Source: Candidatus Poribacteria bacterium
Lineage (GTDB): Bacteria; Poribacteria; WGA-4E; PCPOR2b
DNA: 64,000 bases
Assembly: GCA_965208325.1 (NCBI GenBank)
Contig: OZ242326.1
Coordinates: forward strand, 2,784,001-2,848,000
Reading direction: 5' to 3'
In this document: in pieces, positions 50,270-59,869 of the stretch
Position numbering within the stretch: the first letter of the stretch is position 1
Layout: the number at the start of each line of letters is the position of its first letter
Translations under genes and position numbers: made by a program
The notes under the pieces: model-generated
Told to the model about the DNA's origin: nothing
Seen by the model: the letters and a program-made list of their open reading frames with translations, nothing else
The model's database searches: none

Positions 50270-50298
50270 AAGATAACACTTCTGCAATTTTCTGTCAA
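50270..50298 (-). promoter_or_regulatory. sigma70 promoter ~900 nt upstream of the 1095-aa gene
   Basis: TTGACA-N17-TATCTT with extended -10 TG. Confidence 0.55.
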
Positions 50299-50516
50299 GA
50301 CTTTTTTGCACACTTTTAATTTCGCCCAATCTGCTCCATACCAAACCGTAATTATTTTCACGCTTTTGCTTACTAATCTGCTAATGTCTTTGATTTTTTG
50401 TATGGTAATTCGCTCTAACTCACGACGTTAAATGGAACATTCCTTGGGTAATAACTCGGATTCTCTAAACTGATTAAAAAATATTTCAAAGTTGCTCGCT
50501 CTTCAATGACACAAGC

Positions 50517-52583
50517 TTAAGTGGTAATAAACCCTAATTGCTGAACTTGGGTATGCACTATCCGGTTCTGAGATGTACGAAGCGTTTCTCGGTGGGTCTG
50601 GCTAAGGTCAACTATCAATATAATACCGTCCGAATGAACACCTAAGACAAGGCTATCAGATGTTGGTAAAATTGGCGGGGCATCAAGCAAGATGAGTTCG
50701 TAGCGTTCACGAAGTTGTTGAATGAGGACGTTTAAACGCGGCATCCGCAAGAAATCAGTGGGATTTGATGACAACAATCTCGCGGGTAACAGGTCGAGGT
50801 TCGGAATATGCGTGCGTTGAATTATGCTGTTCCATTCCATTGCGTCGTTTTCAAGCGCGTTTACCTGGTTGGCATCAAGTTGAATATTAAAAATCCTATG
50901 CTGTTTAGGCTGCGGCAAGTTGCAATCAACAATTAAAACCGAGTTTTTCGTTGATGCCATCGCCGCTCCCAAGTTCGCCGCTACAGCCGAAACATCTTCA
51001 CAGAAATCACAGCTCGCCAGCATGAGAATCTGTTTATCAATTTCAGGATTTGTGAGATTCAAATTTGCGGCAATGGTTCGGTAGGAATCAGAAATAGTTT
51101 CAGAAAAGGGATTCTGTTCTTGGGGTTCAGCATCACCTAAGTAAAATATGCCGAGATCGGACTGAATTTCTTCAGGGCGTCGGTAGTTGTCGCCGAAATA
51201 TTCCCTCAACAGGGTAATTGAAATACCAACAGCACAGCCAATTCCTCCCGCGATGATAACAATGAAACCGATGCGGGGACGAACCGGAATTTTTCGAGGA
51301 ACCGCTGCATCAACGACTTCAATTCCGCCCTTAACCCGATCGTCCATGTTAGCGGATTCGGCTTCCGCTACCAGAATTTCTGATTCCAGATGCTGTTTGG
51401 TTATCTCCTTCTTCAATTCATATAGCGCGTTAATCTCGGTTTTCATTGTTGAAAGATTAAATTCGTTTTCAGGAATTTCATCTACCAGTTGTGAAAACTC
51501 TAGGTTTACCTTATCTAATTGCAAATTAATCTGATCCAGATTATGGTCGGCTTGCCGTAGTCTCGTCTCAAGACCCATTATCTCGGTTCGCAAACTGATA
51601 TACTGCGGTACTTTTCCATAATTTTCAGATGTCTTTTTCAAGTCTGTTTCAAAGTTGTTTAATTTATCTTGAAGATCTCGAATTTCTGCATCCGTCGCCC
51701 GAAGTTCCGAAGATTTTTCGCCCACCAGTTCACGACGCCCAATTCGATATTGTTGTAACGACATTAATCTTTCATGAAAATTTCGCCAGATTGGGTCGTT
51801 CCTAATAATTTCTGAAGTTCTGATTTCTTCAGGATAATCAGAAATCTCTTTTTCAAGCCGATCAAATTCTAACTGTGTTACGCTCCTCGTGCGCTCAAGT
51901 TGAGCCTCTTGATCGAGCAATCTGACCTGCCGGTCAAGCACGCTAGTAAGTTGAGCGTTCCACGTTACTCGACTACCCATTTTGTTGATGAATTCAACCG
52001 TCTCATCTTCTTTTCCCTTGATTTTTTCAGAAAGATTCGCAATCTCATCTTTTAGAAGTTTCCGGCGGTTCCTGGCTTTGCTTGTTTCATCGCCCCTGCG
52101 CAAGCCCTGATACTCGCGAATCAATTGGTTTACTAACAACGCGGAATTACGTTCGCCACCTTCCGCTTCCGTTAAATCTAGCGAAAGTTCAATGTATTGC
52201 GTATCTGGACGTTTCCTCGCTTTTAAATTCCGCTGCAAATGTCCAATTGAAGGAAGATAGATCGTCCCTTTAATGCCGGCAGTTTCTAAGCTTTCAATAG
52301 CCGACGATAACATGGATTCTGTAGCAAAACGTTGACCGATTGTTTCCATTTCACCGAGGTCAACGCCGCCGGGCAGAACACTTTGAAAAACACCAGAGGA
52401 GGGGATAGGGGAGCTGGACGTGGGTTGGATATGGATTAGCGCGGTAGTCGAATAAGTCTTTGGTAACCACAAGCTGACGACTAGTGCAGTTCCCAAAATG
52501 AGCAAAACGCTCAAGCATATTACGAAATCATGCTTCCGTAAAATTGTGAGATAATCACGTAAATGTACCTCTTGTTGAGGCAT
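50517..52583 (-). CDS. Wzc/GumC-type polysaccharide co-polymerase with degenerate kinase domain
   Basis: Wzz N-terminus (LRDYL.IL, TM, P..Y), coiled coil, A..P..P..P + TM2, Walker B LLDAPP; Walker A degenerate. Confidence 0.85.
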   Translation of the reverse strand: MPQQEVHLRDYLTILRKHDFVICLSVLLILGTALVVSLWLPKTYSTTALIHIQPTSSSPIPSSGVFQSVLPGGVDLGEMETIGQRFATESMLSSAIESLETAGIKGTIYLPSIGHLQRNLKARKRPDTQYIELSLDLTEAEGGERNSALLVNQLIREYQGLRRGDETSKARNRRKLLKDEIANLSEKIKGKEDETVEFINKMGSRVTWNAQLTSVLDRQVRLLDQEAQLERTRSVTQLEFDRLEKEISDYPEEIRTSEIIRNDPIWRNFHERLMSLQQYRIGRRELVGEKSSELRATDAEIRDLQDKLNNFETDLKKTSENYGKVPQYISLRTEIMGLETRLRQADHNLDQINLQLDKVNLEFSQLVDEIPENEFNLSTMKTEINALYELKKEITKQHLESEILVAEAESANMDDRVKGGIEVVDAAVPRKIPVRPRIGFIVIIAGGIGCAVGISITLLREYFGDNYRRPEEIQSDLGIFYLGDAEPQEQNPFSETISDSYRTIAANLNLTNPEIDKQILMLASCDFCEDVSAVAANLGAAMASTKNSVLIVDCNLPQPKQHRIFNIQLDANQVNALENDAMEWNSIIQRTHIPNLDLLPARLLSSNPTDFLRMPRLNVLIQQLRERYELILLDAPPILPTSDSLVLGVHSDGIILIVDLSQTHRETLRTSQNRIVHTQVQQLGFITT

Positions 52584-52884
52584 TGAAAGTGCACTTTCTT
52601 ATTCTCAAAGGCAACCAGAATTTGCGGTACGAATTTAGTTAGAACCTTGGCATTCGGTAAAGTTAAAAGGCAATCAAAAGACACAAACGCACCACCGCTA
52701 GCTCAACTAAAACCTCGTATCTATCAAATTAAGGCGTTTCTTTAAGTTAGTTAAGCCTTCCAATAGTGCGCTGCCCATACGATTAACGGCGGAATTGGAG
52801 CCTCCAATCAGCGGGATCTGAAGATATTGCTTGATACACCTCAATTGTATGTTGATGAGCAAATCTTTAAGGTTTTTAGCTAGT

Positions 52885-53469
52885 TTAATTAAGATTGTTG
52901 GCTAGCCTAATTTCTTCTTCGCTAAACGCTTCATCATGCCACTCTTCAATCCGCCACACGCCGCCTCTTGACTCAAAGATGAACCGGTTATTTCCTTCCG
53001 CAAACCAGCCTGTAAATCCTCCATCTAAAGATTCACCGCTGGCAACAAACCCTTGGATTCTATAATGGTTATTGACTTCCGCTCTAGTGTTTTCCTCATT
53101 CAAGAAGTCAATTTCCGGAGGTTCAGATAGTTCAATTTCGATATCTTGGAACCGCGTAAAGACTCGAATCGCAGATTCTCTCTCATCATCCCAATTATCG
53201 AATATGACATCATCGGTGGTGTCGTCATCTGTCCCCATATCCGATACGTAAAGGAATCCGTCCTTCCAATAAACGTTCATATACAGTTCGACATCTTCGT
53301 TCTCATAACCTTCCCGCCACTGCTTCAAAACTTTATTTATCGCTGCATATTCCTCAGGTTGGACCTGACCGATTTCTTCAACATCTCCGCAACTAAAAAC
53401 AAACGCAAAAACTATTAATGAGCAACCTGCTCTGGCAAAGCCCTTTAACATGACTGAATACACCTCCAT
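52885..53469 (-). CDS. Acidic lipoprotein, NTF2/SnoaL-like fold
   Basis: VFSC lipobox; W..GYE.EDVE.YM..Y, C-terminal WRI..W. Confidence 0.65.
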   Translation of the reverse strand: MEVYSVMLKGFARAGCSLIVFAFVFSCGDVEEIGQVQPEEYAAINKVLKQWREGYENEDVELYMNVYWKDGFLYVSDMGTDDDTTDDVIFDNWDDERESAIRVFTRFQDIEIELSEPPEIDFLNEENTRAEVNNHYRIQGFVASGESLDGGFTGWFAEGNNRFIFESRGGVWRIEEWHDEAFSEEEIRLANNLN

Positions 53470-53495
53470 AAAGTTAGGGCCACCTTACTTAACCT

Positions 53496-54050
53496 TTAAA
53501 AATTTTTGACAATTCCAATATGAAGTTGGGTTGGCGTAACCCCGAATTGCACTCCTAACTCTTCAATCTGTTTGACGTCATCAATAAGCGAATTCGCTTT
53601 TGTCTTTGCATTATAAAGGTTGGCGCCAACATAGGAATCGATAATGCTGTACGCCCAAACTCCTGCCGCCGCCATTAGGAAAAACTGCCGTAGTTTGAAT
53701 CGCTGATTTGCAAGGTTATAGTAGGACAAAGCTTCTGAAGAATCTCTCTTTTTCTTGGCAGCCGGCACATACTCGTTATCATAGATGTCTCGAAAGGATC
53801 TGTGAGCCAAAAGACTGCCGAATAGAAGACCCCCAGTCCCGACTATAGACACGCTGCCTTGTAGGTAACCTTGTGTGTAAAACTGCCCCCAACCCGGCAT
53901 TACAACAGAGCGGGCGACCGCAGCAATTGGCGAGACAAGATGAATATCTGCTTCCTCTGCGAAACCTGCCTGTCCTCCCCAAAAAATCGTACAAAGGCAA
54001 ACCAACAGTTGAATTAAAAGCAGATGTATTTTGGTAGATTGCCGCTTCAT
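53496..54050 (-). CDS. DUF5683-like membrane/exported protein
   Basis: ARS..PGWGQFY, WAYSIIDSY motifs. Confidence 0.65.
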   Translation of the reverse strand: MKRQSTKIHLLLIQLLVCLCTIFWGGQAGFAEEADIHLVSPIAAVARSVVMPGWGQFYTQGYLQGSVSIVGTGGLLFGSLLAHRSFRDIYDNEYVPAAKKKRDSSEALSYYNLANQRFKLRQFFLMAAAGVWAYSIIDSYVGANLYNAKTKANSLIDDVKQIEELGVQFGVTPTQLHIGIVKNF

Positions 54051-54166
54051 AGCTTTTTCCGATCTAAGGCTTTAATGAAAACCCAAAAATGCGCCTTAAA
54101 CTTTGAAAGCACCGAAAATAATAGCAAAAGTCGTATCCCTTGTCAACGAAAAACGTTGTCAAAAAG

Positions 54167-54203
54167 AAAAAAGCAGCCAAAGCATGAATCACCTTGGCTG
54201 CTT
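54167..54203 (-). terminator. Intrinsic terminator
   Basis: AAGCAGCCAA...TTGGCTGCTT with a U-tract on the minus strand. Confidence 0.65.
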
Positions 54204-54221
54204 ATTTGTGGCATGTTGTAT

Positions 54222-55727
54222 TTATCTTCTTCGACTATTTCTTTTTGTTCTCGATGTATTTCGACTTCGCTCGCTTTGACGCGTACTCTGCCCGTCATCA
54301 TCGTCCTTGCTCCTAGTTGTCGTTCGTGAAGGAGATTGTCGAGTGGATGATGCCCGAGAACGGGATGTCGCGGACGGGATTGGTTTTGAGCGCGATGTCG
54401 TCCGAGATGGCGCAGGTCTATACCGTGTCGCAGGAGTGCTCGACGAACTTCGCGAAATTCGAGAACGAGAATATAGACGACTCCGGCGTTCATTGTTAGA
54501 TCGCCTGTTGTCCTGTTGACTCTGGTATTGTTGATTCGTTGGACGGTAACGCGATCTAGATGAAACCTGAGACGGTCGCGAGTATTGGCTCCGCCGCCTT
54601 GTCGTAGGATTAAACTCCGTGTTCCTTTTGAATGACTGGCGTTTGCCCGCAGACATGGAACGCTGCGCCGGACCCGCCGGAACCGATTCTTGATGGTGTT
54701 TTGCTATAACGCCCCGCACACGTTTCTGCACATCCGAGTTTCGCTTGCCGCTCACCGTCCTTGACAACCGACTCCTGTTATATTGGTGACGCACGGTCTC
54801 ATGTTCTTCACTCCATCGGTTAAAGCCGCGTCGATGCGTTTTCACACGGTTTTTAGTGTGCACGTGCACATGTCTACGATTGGAATACGATCGAAAATAA
54901 TACCGTGGGTAGTGTGTGTAATATCGGTGGAGATAGTTGCCGAAGTCGTATCTAATGGAAAGATAACGACGATCGTAAAACGGATAACTCCATCGAATAT
55001 AGTAATCTAGGTCCGTACAATAGTAGAACGGACCGTCGTAAAAGTAGTGGTAGGTATACCTATGCCAAGGGCGCCAGTCGTAACTTCGAGCGTAGCGGTG
55101 GACAACGCGAAAATCCGGCCGCCGTTTATACGTCAAAACGTCGATATGTTCAACATCAAGTTGTTCGCCGTCTTCAACAACGATGTGCATTTCCAGTTCA
55201 CCGGCAGCAACATGCCCGGCAGCAGCAATTTTAATCGTTTCTGAGCGCCGTTTCGCACGTAAGAAAAATGTATCGCCATATCTAGTCTCATCCGCATGTT
55301 TATCGTCGTAATGGCGTCGAGCATATTCCCGTTTGGTGTTGCGAACCCAAACGCGCCCCACAACTTTTTCCTGGCCTTCAAGTTCAGCGTCGTGCGGTTC
55401 CCCCCGGTAGCGAACTATAAGTTCAATATACTGTGCCTGTCGTGGGATTTCAAAGAAATAAACTGCGCTTGCTATGGCAAATTCGTGGTCGCCTTCATCA
55501 TTAAACGCGCCGCCCCAGGCCGTTAAACGGATGCCGTTTTCAAAACGCGGACTCGCAGTCACGGTTGCATTTCCGCGCTCAATCCAATCATCGGCATCAC
55601 CAGCCTCTCGATGTTCTCGATCCAGCAAATCTGATAAATATTCGTACTCATAATCTGCTTGAGCAAAAGCTGTAGACAATACCCCTATAATTATCAGCGG
55701 TATAGAGATATTGATTCGGGATTTCAT
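54222..55727 (-). CDS. Secreted hypothetical protein with Tyr-rich middle and Arg/Ser-rich disordered tail
   Basis: Signal peptide ending AFAQA; GGAGG RBS; strong compositional bias. Confidence 0.7.
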   Translation of the reverse strand: MKSRINISIPLIIIGVLSTAFAQADYEYEYLSDLLDREHREAGDADDWIERGNATVTASPRFENGIRLTAWGGAFNDEGDHEFAIASAVYFFEIPRQAQYIELIVRYRGEPHDAELEGQEKVVGRVWVRNTKREYARRHYDDKHADETRYGDTFFLRAKRRSETIKIAAAGHVAAGELEMHIVVEDGEQLDVEHIDVLTYKRRPDFRVVHRYARSYDWRPWHRYTYHYFYDGPFYYCTDLDYYIRWSYPFYDRRYLSIRYDFGNYLHRYYTHYPRYYFRSYSNRRHVHVHTKNRVKTHRRGFNRWSEEHETVRHQYNRSRLSRTVSGKRNSDVQKRVRGVIAKHHQESVPAGPAQRSMSAGKRQSFKRNTEFNPTTRRRSQYSRPSQVSSRSRYRPTNQQYQSQQDNRRSNNERRSRLYSRSRISRSSSSTPATRYRPAPSRTTSRSKPIPSATSRSRASSTRQSPSRTTTRSKDDDDGQSTRQSERSRNTSRTKRNSRRR

Positions 55728-55855
55728 GACAAATCCTCCGTAAATTCGTTTCAATCTGAAGTAGTGTAACAGCATGCCGACCCTTTTAATTCGGGCACCT
55801 TCTCATGCTGTTTATGAAAAATTATCCTCATTCGCTCGTAATTATGAATAAATCT

Positions 55856-55872
55856 AGCAAAATAGATGCCAA
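55856..55872 (-). promoter_or_regulatory. sigma54 (-24/-12) promoter
   Basis: TTGGCATCTATTTTGCT: GG-N10-GC, ~130 bp upstream of the ATG at 55727. Confidence 0.7.
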
Positions 55873-55931
55873 GAAAATTTCGCTTCTATAATCAAGACTC
55901 AACCGAAGTTGAATTAGCCGCCGTTGTAGAA

Positions 55932-55972
55932 AGTGTGGCAACAGTGATACAACCTGTGGCGAAAGTAACACC
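55932..55972. promoter_or_regulatory. Putative activator binding sites
   Basis: AGTGTGGCAACAGTGATACA plus an adjacent related TGTGGCGAAAGTAACACC. Confidence 0.55.
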
Positions 55973-55989
55973 CGCTTTCAGCCAATATC

Positions 55990-56763
55990 TTAAACCACTT
56001 TAGATTTATCTATCAATCGGATGCCTCTTTCAGCCGCCAAATCACGCGCTAGCGGTGTGATTACGACCGGATTGGTATAGACAAACTCTTGAACTGAAGG
56101 TGCGAGGTTCGCAATAATTGAACTGCTAATCACTGTTTTTTCCCCCTTCCCATCAACGGGGCAAAGGCTCAATGAATCGCCGCTTAGTAATGTTTCAGCT
56201 AGTTGCTCAATTGGCGCGAACTGGATACCAAAATTTGACAGCGTTTTGAAGTAATTCCGCTCCAGATTTGTAATTTGAGATGTCTTTTCTGTTTTGTAAT
56301 ATCCTCCGATGAAATTAGGAGCCGCGATAACGCTATCGCCCCGACGCAACGCTTGAAAAATCAGAAAAGTACATGGTGTATCTGCTATTCCCAACGCTAG
56401 CTTCGCTGCCATCGGATGAGATAAAATCGGAACGGCAATTAAATTGTGTCTTTCGGCAAAATCGGCCAAGTCCGTGATGTCCCCGCAAGTGAGAACTTTT
56501 TCCTCGCCGCATACCGACTGAATGGCTTCCTTGTCCAAAAGTCTAGCAGCCAAATCGGACAATATTACCGTTGTATCGTAACCACCTTTGATGCACGCAT
56601 CAAGTTGGTTCAGTATCGGTGCGAGATTGACCAGCGCTGCGTCAAAAATTGCTAGTAGGCGCTTATCAGGGACAGCCGGCGACGCGGAAATTGCCCGCTG
56701 CTCCAGCACTGCTTTGACCTCTTCTTCAATTATTCGTCTATCAGGCTCCTCCCTGCCATCCAC
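55990..56763 (-). CDS. BMC-associated flavoprotein-fold protein
   Basis: N-terminal amphipathic helix IIEEEVKAVLEQ, AAKLALGIADT, C-terminal VITPLARD.A..RGI. Confidence 0.7.
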   Translation of the reverse strand: MDGREEPDRRIIEEEVKAVLEQRAISASPAVPDKRLLAIFDAALVNLAPILNQLDACIKGGYDTTVILSDLAARLLDKEAIQSVCGEEKVLTCGDITDLADFAERHNLIAVPILSHPMAAKLALGIADTPCTFLIFQALRRGDSVIAAPNFIGGYYKTEKTSQITNLERNYFKTLSNFGIQFAPIEQLAETLLSGDSLSLCPVDGKGEKTVISSSIIANLAPSVQEFVYTNPVVITPLARDLAAERGIRLIDKSKVV

Positions 56764-56774
56764 TGGTACAACTC

Positions 56775-57482
56775 CTAATCGCGCGACAACTCTATGGCTT
56801 CACCGCCCCGTAAACCCGCAGAATTGGCATCGTCAGTATCTAAGTGCATCTGAAGCACATAACTCGGCGAAATCTTGGGACGAATGTTCTCGAAAGTCAA
56901 AGCGCGATTGCCGTGGATATGAACTTTTAATGAATCTCCTTCACAAACGCCAAGATTTTTGGCGTCTTCCGGCGTCATGTGAATATGACGCGTCGCGCAA
57001 ATCGCCCCTTGCTCCAAAAAAATCGAACCGTTCGGACCGATTAAGGTTATCGGTTCGGAATTTTCAATATCTCCAGAATCCCGTATCGGCGGGTCAAGCC
57101 CTAAACGAATCGCATCAGTGCGTGCCAGCTCAACTTGTGTATAGTCCCTCACGGGACCCAAGATGCGAATCCCTTCAATAGCACGAATCCGCCGGCCAAC
57201 AATGGTCACTGTTTCGGCGGCTGCAAATGCCCCCGGCTGAAATAAAGGAGCATGGGCTGCCAGTTGGTGACCCGCACCGTAAAGGATTTCTAAGTGCTCC
57301 TGCGTAACATGCGCGTGTCTTGCTGAAACGCCAACAGGTATTTTGTTCTGTTTTAAGACAGCGTCGCACGCACGATCCCCGACCGCACAAGTTCGCAAAA
57401 CACAGCCGCTGCAAGGATGCTCTGTTTGTAGTTGTTCAAGCACTTTATGAGTAATCAACTCAATCAGCGCCTCGTCACGCAT
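56775..57482 (-). CDS. pduL: Phosphate propanoyltransferase (BMC phosphotransacylase)
   Basis: VGVSARHAH, RILGP.R..QVE...D, RHIHM, MHLDTDDAN; N-terminal encapsulation peptide. Confidence 0.93.
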   Translation of the reverse strand: MRDEALIELITHKVLEQLQTEHPCSGCVLRTCAVGDRACDAVLKQNKIPVGVSARHAHVTQEHLEILYGAGHQLAAHAPLFQPGAFAAAETVTIVGRRIRAIEGIRILGPVRDYTQVELARTDAIRLGLDPPIRDSGDIENSEPITLIGPNGSIFLEQGAICATRHIHMTPEDAKNLGVCEGDSLKVHIHGNRALTFENIRPKISPSYVLQMHLDTDDANSAGLRGGEAIELSRD

Positions 57483-57494
57483 CCGCCGTCTTCC

Positions 57495-57824
57495 TTAACT
57501 TGACGAATCTCCTTCAACTAAATCAATAGCCAGTGCATTGTCTGATACTTCCTGTGAAGGTAAAATCAATTCCACTTCCGCATGCGGCCTCGGAATAACA
57601 TGGACAGAAACAACTTCTCCTACCCTCGCCGCCGCCTCTGCTCCAACATCTGTCGCAGCTTTGACCGCCCCGACATCGCCGCGAACCATGACTGTAACGT
57701 AGCCCCCACCGATCGATTCGCGACCAATGAGTTTAACATTTGCGGCTTTGACCATCGCATCCGCGGCTTCAACACTTCCGACAAAACCTCTTGTTTCAAC
57801 TAACCCTAAAGCGTCGCCTGCCAT
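57495..57824 (-). CDS. Bacterial microcompartment hexamer shell protein (PduA/EutM-like)
   Basis: [37 protein letters not shown]. Confidence 0.95.
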   Translation of the reverse strand: MAGDALGLVETRGFVGSVEAADAMVKAANVKLIGRESIGGGYVTVMVRGDVGAVKAATDVGAEAAARVGEVVSVHVIPRPHAEVELILPSQEVSDNALAIDLVEGDSSS

Positions 57825-58033
57825 CTGGTAAAGCACCCTCCTGATTTTCGTTATAATTGGAATAATAGCAGTATATCACAATGTCTAACCCGATTCAAGC
57901 CTTTCTAACTTAAGCTCACGGCTGCATATTATGAATTGTTGCTAACACCCGGTCGTCTCTTATGCCTCATTTCAAATCATAGTTATTTATTCGACAACTT
58001 CATAGAATCTCAAATATCTCACTTTTTTAATCT

Positions 58034-58066
58034 GAAACCGAGTTTTTTTCTTGAAAACGCGGTTTC
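58034..58066. repeat. Family A palindromic repeat (short form)
   Basis: GAAACCGAGTTTTTTTCTTGAAAACGCGGTTTC. Confidence 0.75.
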
Positions 58067-58143
58067 TTTCACCGATCAAGATAGGGTTGCAAAAGCCGTC
58101 TGTTATTCACAACCCAAGAAACGATTACAAGCGGCGGCCGGGT

Positions 58144-59001
58144 TTAGTTGTATTTAATCGCAGCCCACGTGGTGGCGAGCTTTTCCTTCGGTTCTACTGC
58201 TAAAGCCTCCAAATCGAGCTTTGAGAGCTTCTCGATTTCCACTGCGGAAAGCGCTCGGCCGAAGACTACCACATCATCTATGATACCGTCAATGTACTCC
58301 CAGTTGTTAACATTATCACCGCGCCCCCGCGACGCGCCGACAAGAATCGGAAAACCGGGAAAGGTCGCATAGGGCGCCGTCAGTGTCATCGGGTCCCTTC
58401 CGGCCGCCCCGTGAAATCCGTCAGTGACATGAGCCGGTTTGCCGTTGAGGAACCCCTGGATGGTTTCTCCGTTCCCAACTTGCGCCATGTGAATCCAAGT
58501 ATCAAGCTTGTAAGAACCGCGAACATTGAACCACCCTTCCGGATTGGCAGCGCCTCGTTCCGGTTTCTTATCCACCGCACCCTTCACATTATTCGAGCCG
58601 TATGTCAGATCGGTGTCATTGAGTGTCCCCATCCGAATATGAAAGTTTGGTCCCCAACCGATTTTCTCGCCCTTGAAAATTACCGCACCGTGATCGCTCG
58701 ACTTCCGAATGAACGCCCACGCAGCGTGTGTGAATTCATCCGCCATCGCATCCATCGATTTGTCATCGGGTATTTCTACGTAGGCGTCCACCCCGTTGAC
58801 ATCAAGACCGAGTCCGTGCTTACCCAGTGCAAATCCTGCGCCGCCTCTTAAGATTCCGTCATTGCGGCCAGTTATATCGTCTGCGGTTTCATCGTTAAAC
58901 GTCAAAACGGTAATAACACCATCTCTCAACGCCCCCGATGCGGCACTCGCAATGGTGCACAGCGCAACAACCACGAAGAAGTAGCGGCAATACCGTAACA
59001 T
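58144..59001 (-). CDS. Secreted LamG/concanavalin-like domain protein
   Basis: Signal peptide, W.HMA, GIIDDVVVFGRALS..EI, tail AVEPKEKLATTWAAIK. Confidence 0.88.
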   Translation of the reverse strand: MLRYCRYFFVVVALCTIASAASGALRDGVITVLTFNDETADDITGRNDGILRGGAGFALGKHGLGLDVNGVDAYVEIPDDKSMDAMADEFTHAAWAFIRKSSDHGAVIFKGEKIGWGPNFHIRMGTLNDTDLTYGSNNVKGAVDKKPERGAANPEGWFNVRGSYKLDTWIHMAQVGNGETIQGFLNGKPAHVTDGFHGAAGRDPMTLTAPYATFPGFPILVGASRGRGDNVNNWEYIDGIIDDVVVFGRALSAVEIEKLSKLDLEALAVEPKEKLATTWAAIKYN

Positions 59002-59315
59002 AGAAAACCTCCTTATCGGAACTATCGATTTCTGATTGAAACCTCCGCAAAAGAGTAAAATCAATACGTAAGATTAATAGGGCGAATGTCCGAACACCAT
59101 GCAAGCCTATTCCATAAATTTTGGAAATCGCGTGCACGCGATTAAGATTATATCATTTCCCGCTCGCTTACATCCACTATAATCTTGCGGAGAAATACGC
59201 AATTAAACCGAGCCGGATTCACAGTTTTTTGTAAGATAAACGCGGCAGCTATTCCAAACCAGTTTACTCATTTGGGGTCCTCTTACTTACCAAGCCGGTT
59301 TACTCAATCTACATT

Positions 59316-59512
59316 CCCCTCCTTACCAAGGAGGGGTAAGGGGAGGTTCTAGATTACGCTGTACGATCTACTGAGCAATTTCGGACTAAATGGTGTAATT
59401 TTAATTGCAGCTACTATAGTGTTCACAAGACTGCGACGCCGCACTGTCGGAGGAATTTCTTTATTTATCCCCCTCCTTACCAAGGAGGGGTAAGGGGAGG
59501 TTCTAGGTTACG
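59316..59512. repeat. Two direct copies of a 43-bp REP-like palindrome
   Basis: CCCCTCCTTACCAAGGAGGGGTAAGGGGAGGTTCTAG(A/G)TTACG at 59316-59358 and 59470-59512. Confidence 0.8.
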
Positions 59513-59775
59513 TTGAAACATCAACTCAGCGATTAACGGCGGAGATAGTTTTGGGATTAACGGCGATGCTCAATTTTTATTGGTAGCGACTTTAACTTTT
59601 TTCATCGCCGTAAACCTTGGTTGTTCTAGCCCGCGGCATCATTCCACTAACTTCAAAGGACGGTTAGGGCTGGCGTGTGTGCAGTTGGCGGCGTAAGTGT
59701 AAGTGAGATTGCTCAATTCGATAACATCATAACATCTTTGAAACGCTCAAATGCTTTAACATATACTCTCAAAAA

Positions 59776-59854
59776 CGTTAATAACATTGCATATTATTAA
59801 CGCGAACATGAAAATAACTTGACAACTCGTTAATTGCAATGCATCTTATTAACG
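59776..59854 (+). promoter_or_regulatory. fic promoter with two 27-bp palindromic operators
   Basis: CGTTAAT-N13-ATTAACG at 59776-59802 and 59828-59854, flanking TTGACA (59819-59824). Confidence 0.7.
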
Positions 59855-59869
59855 TAAAGTGATAAAACA

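Noticed and set aside
59316..59512. Possible CRISPR array
   Set aside because: Only two repeats, a 111-bp gap and no cas genes; this fits a REP doublet.
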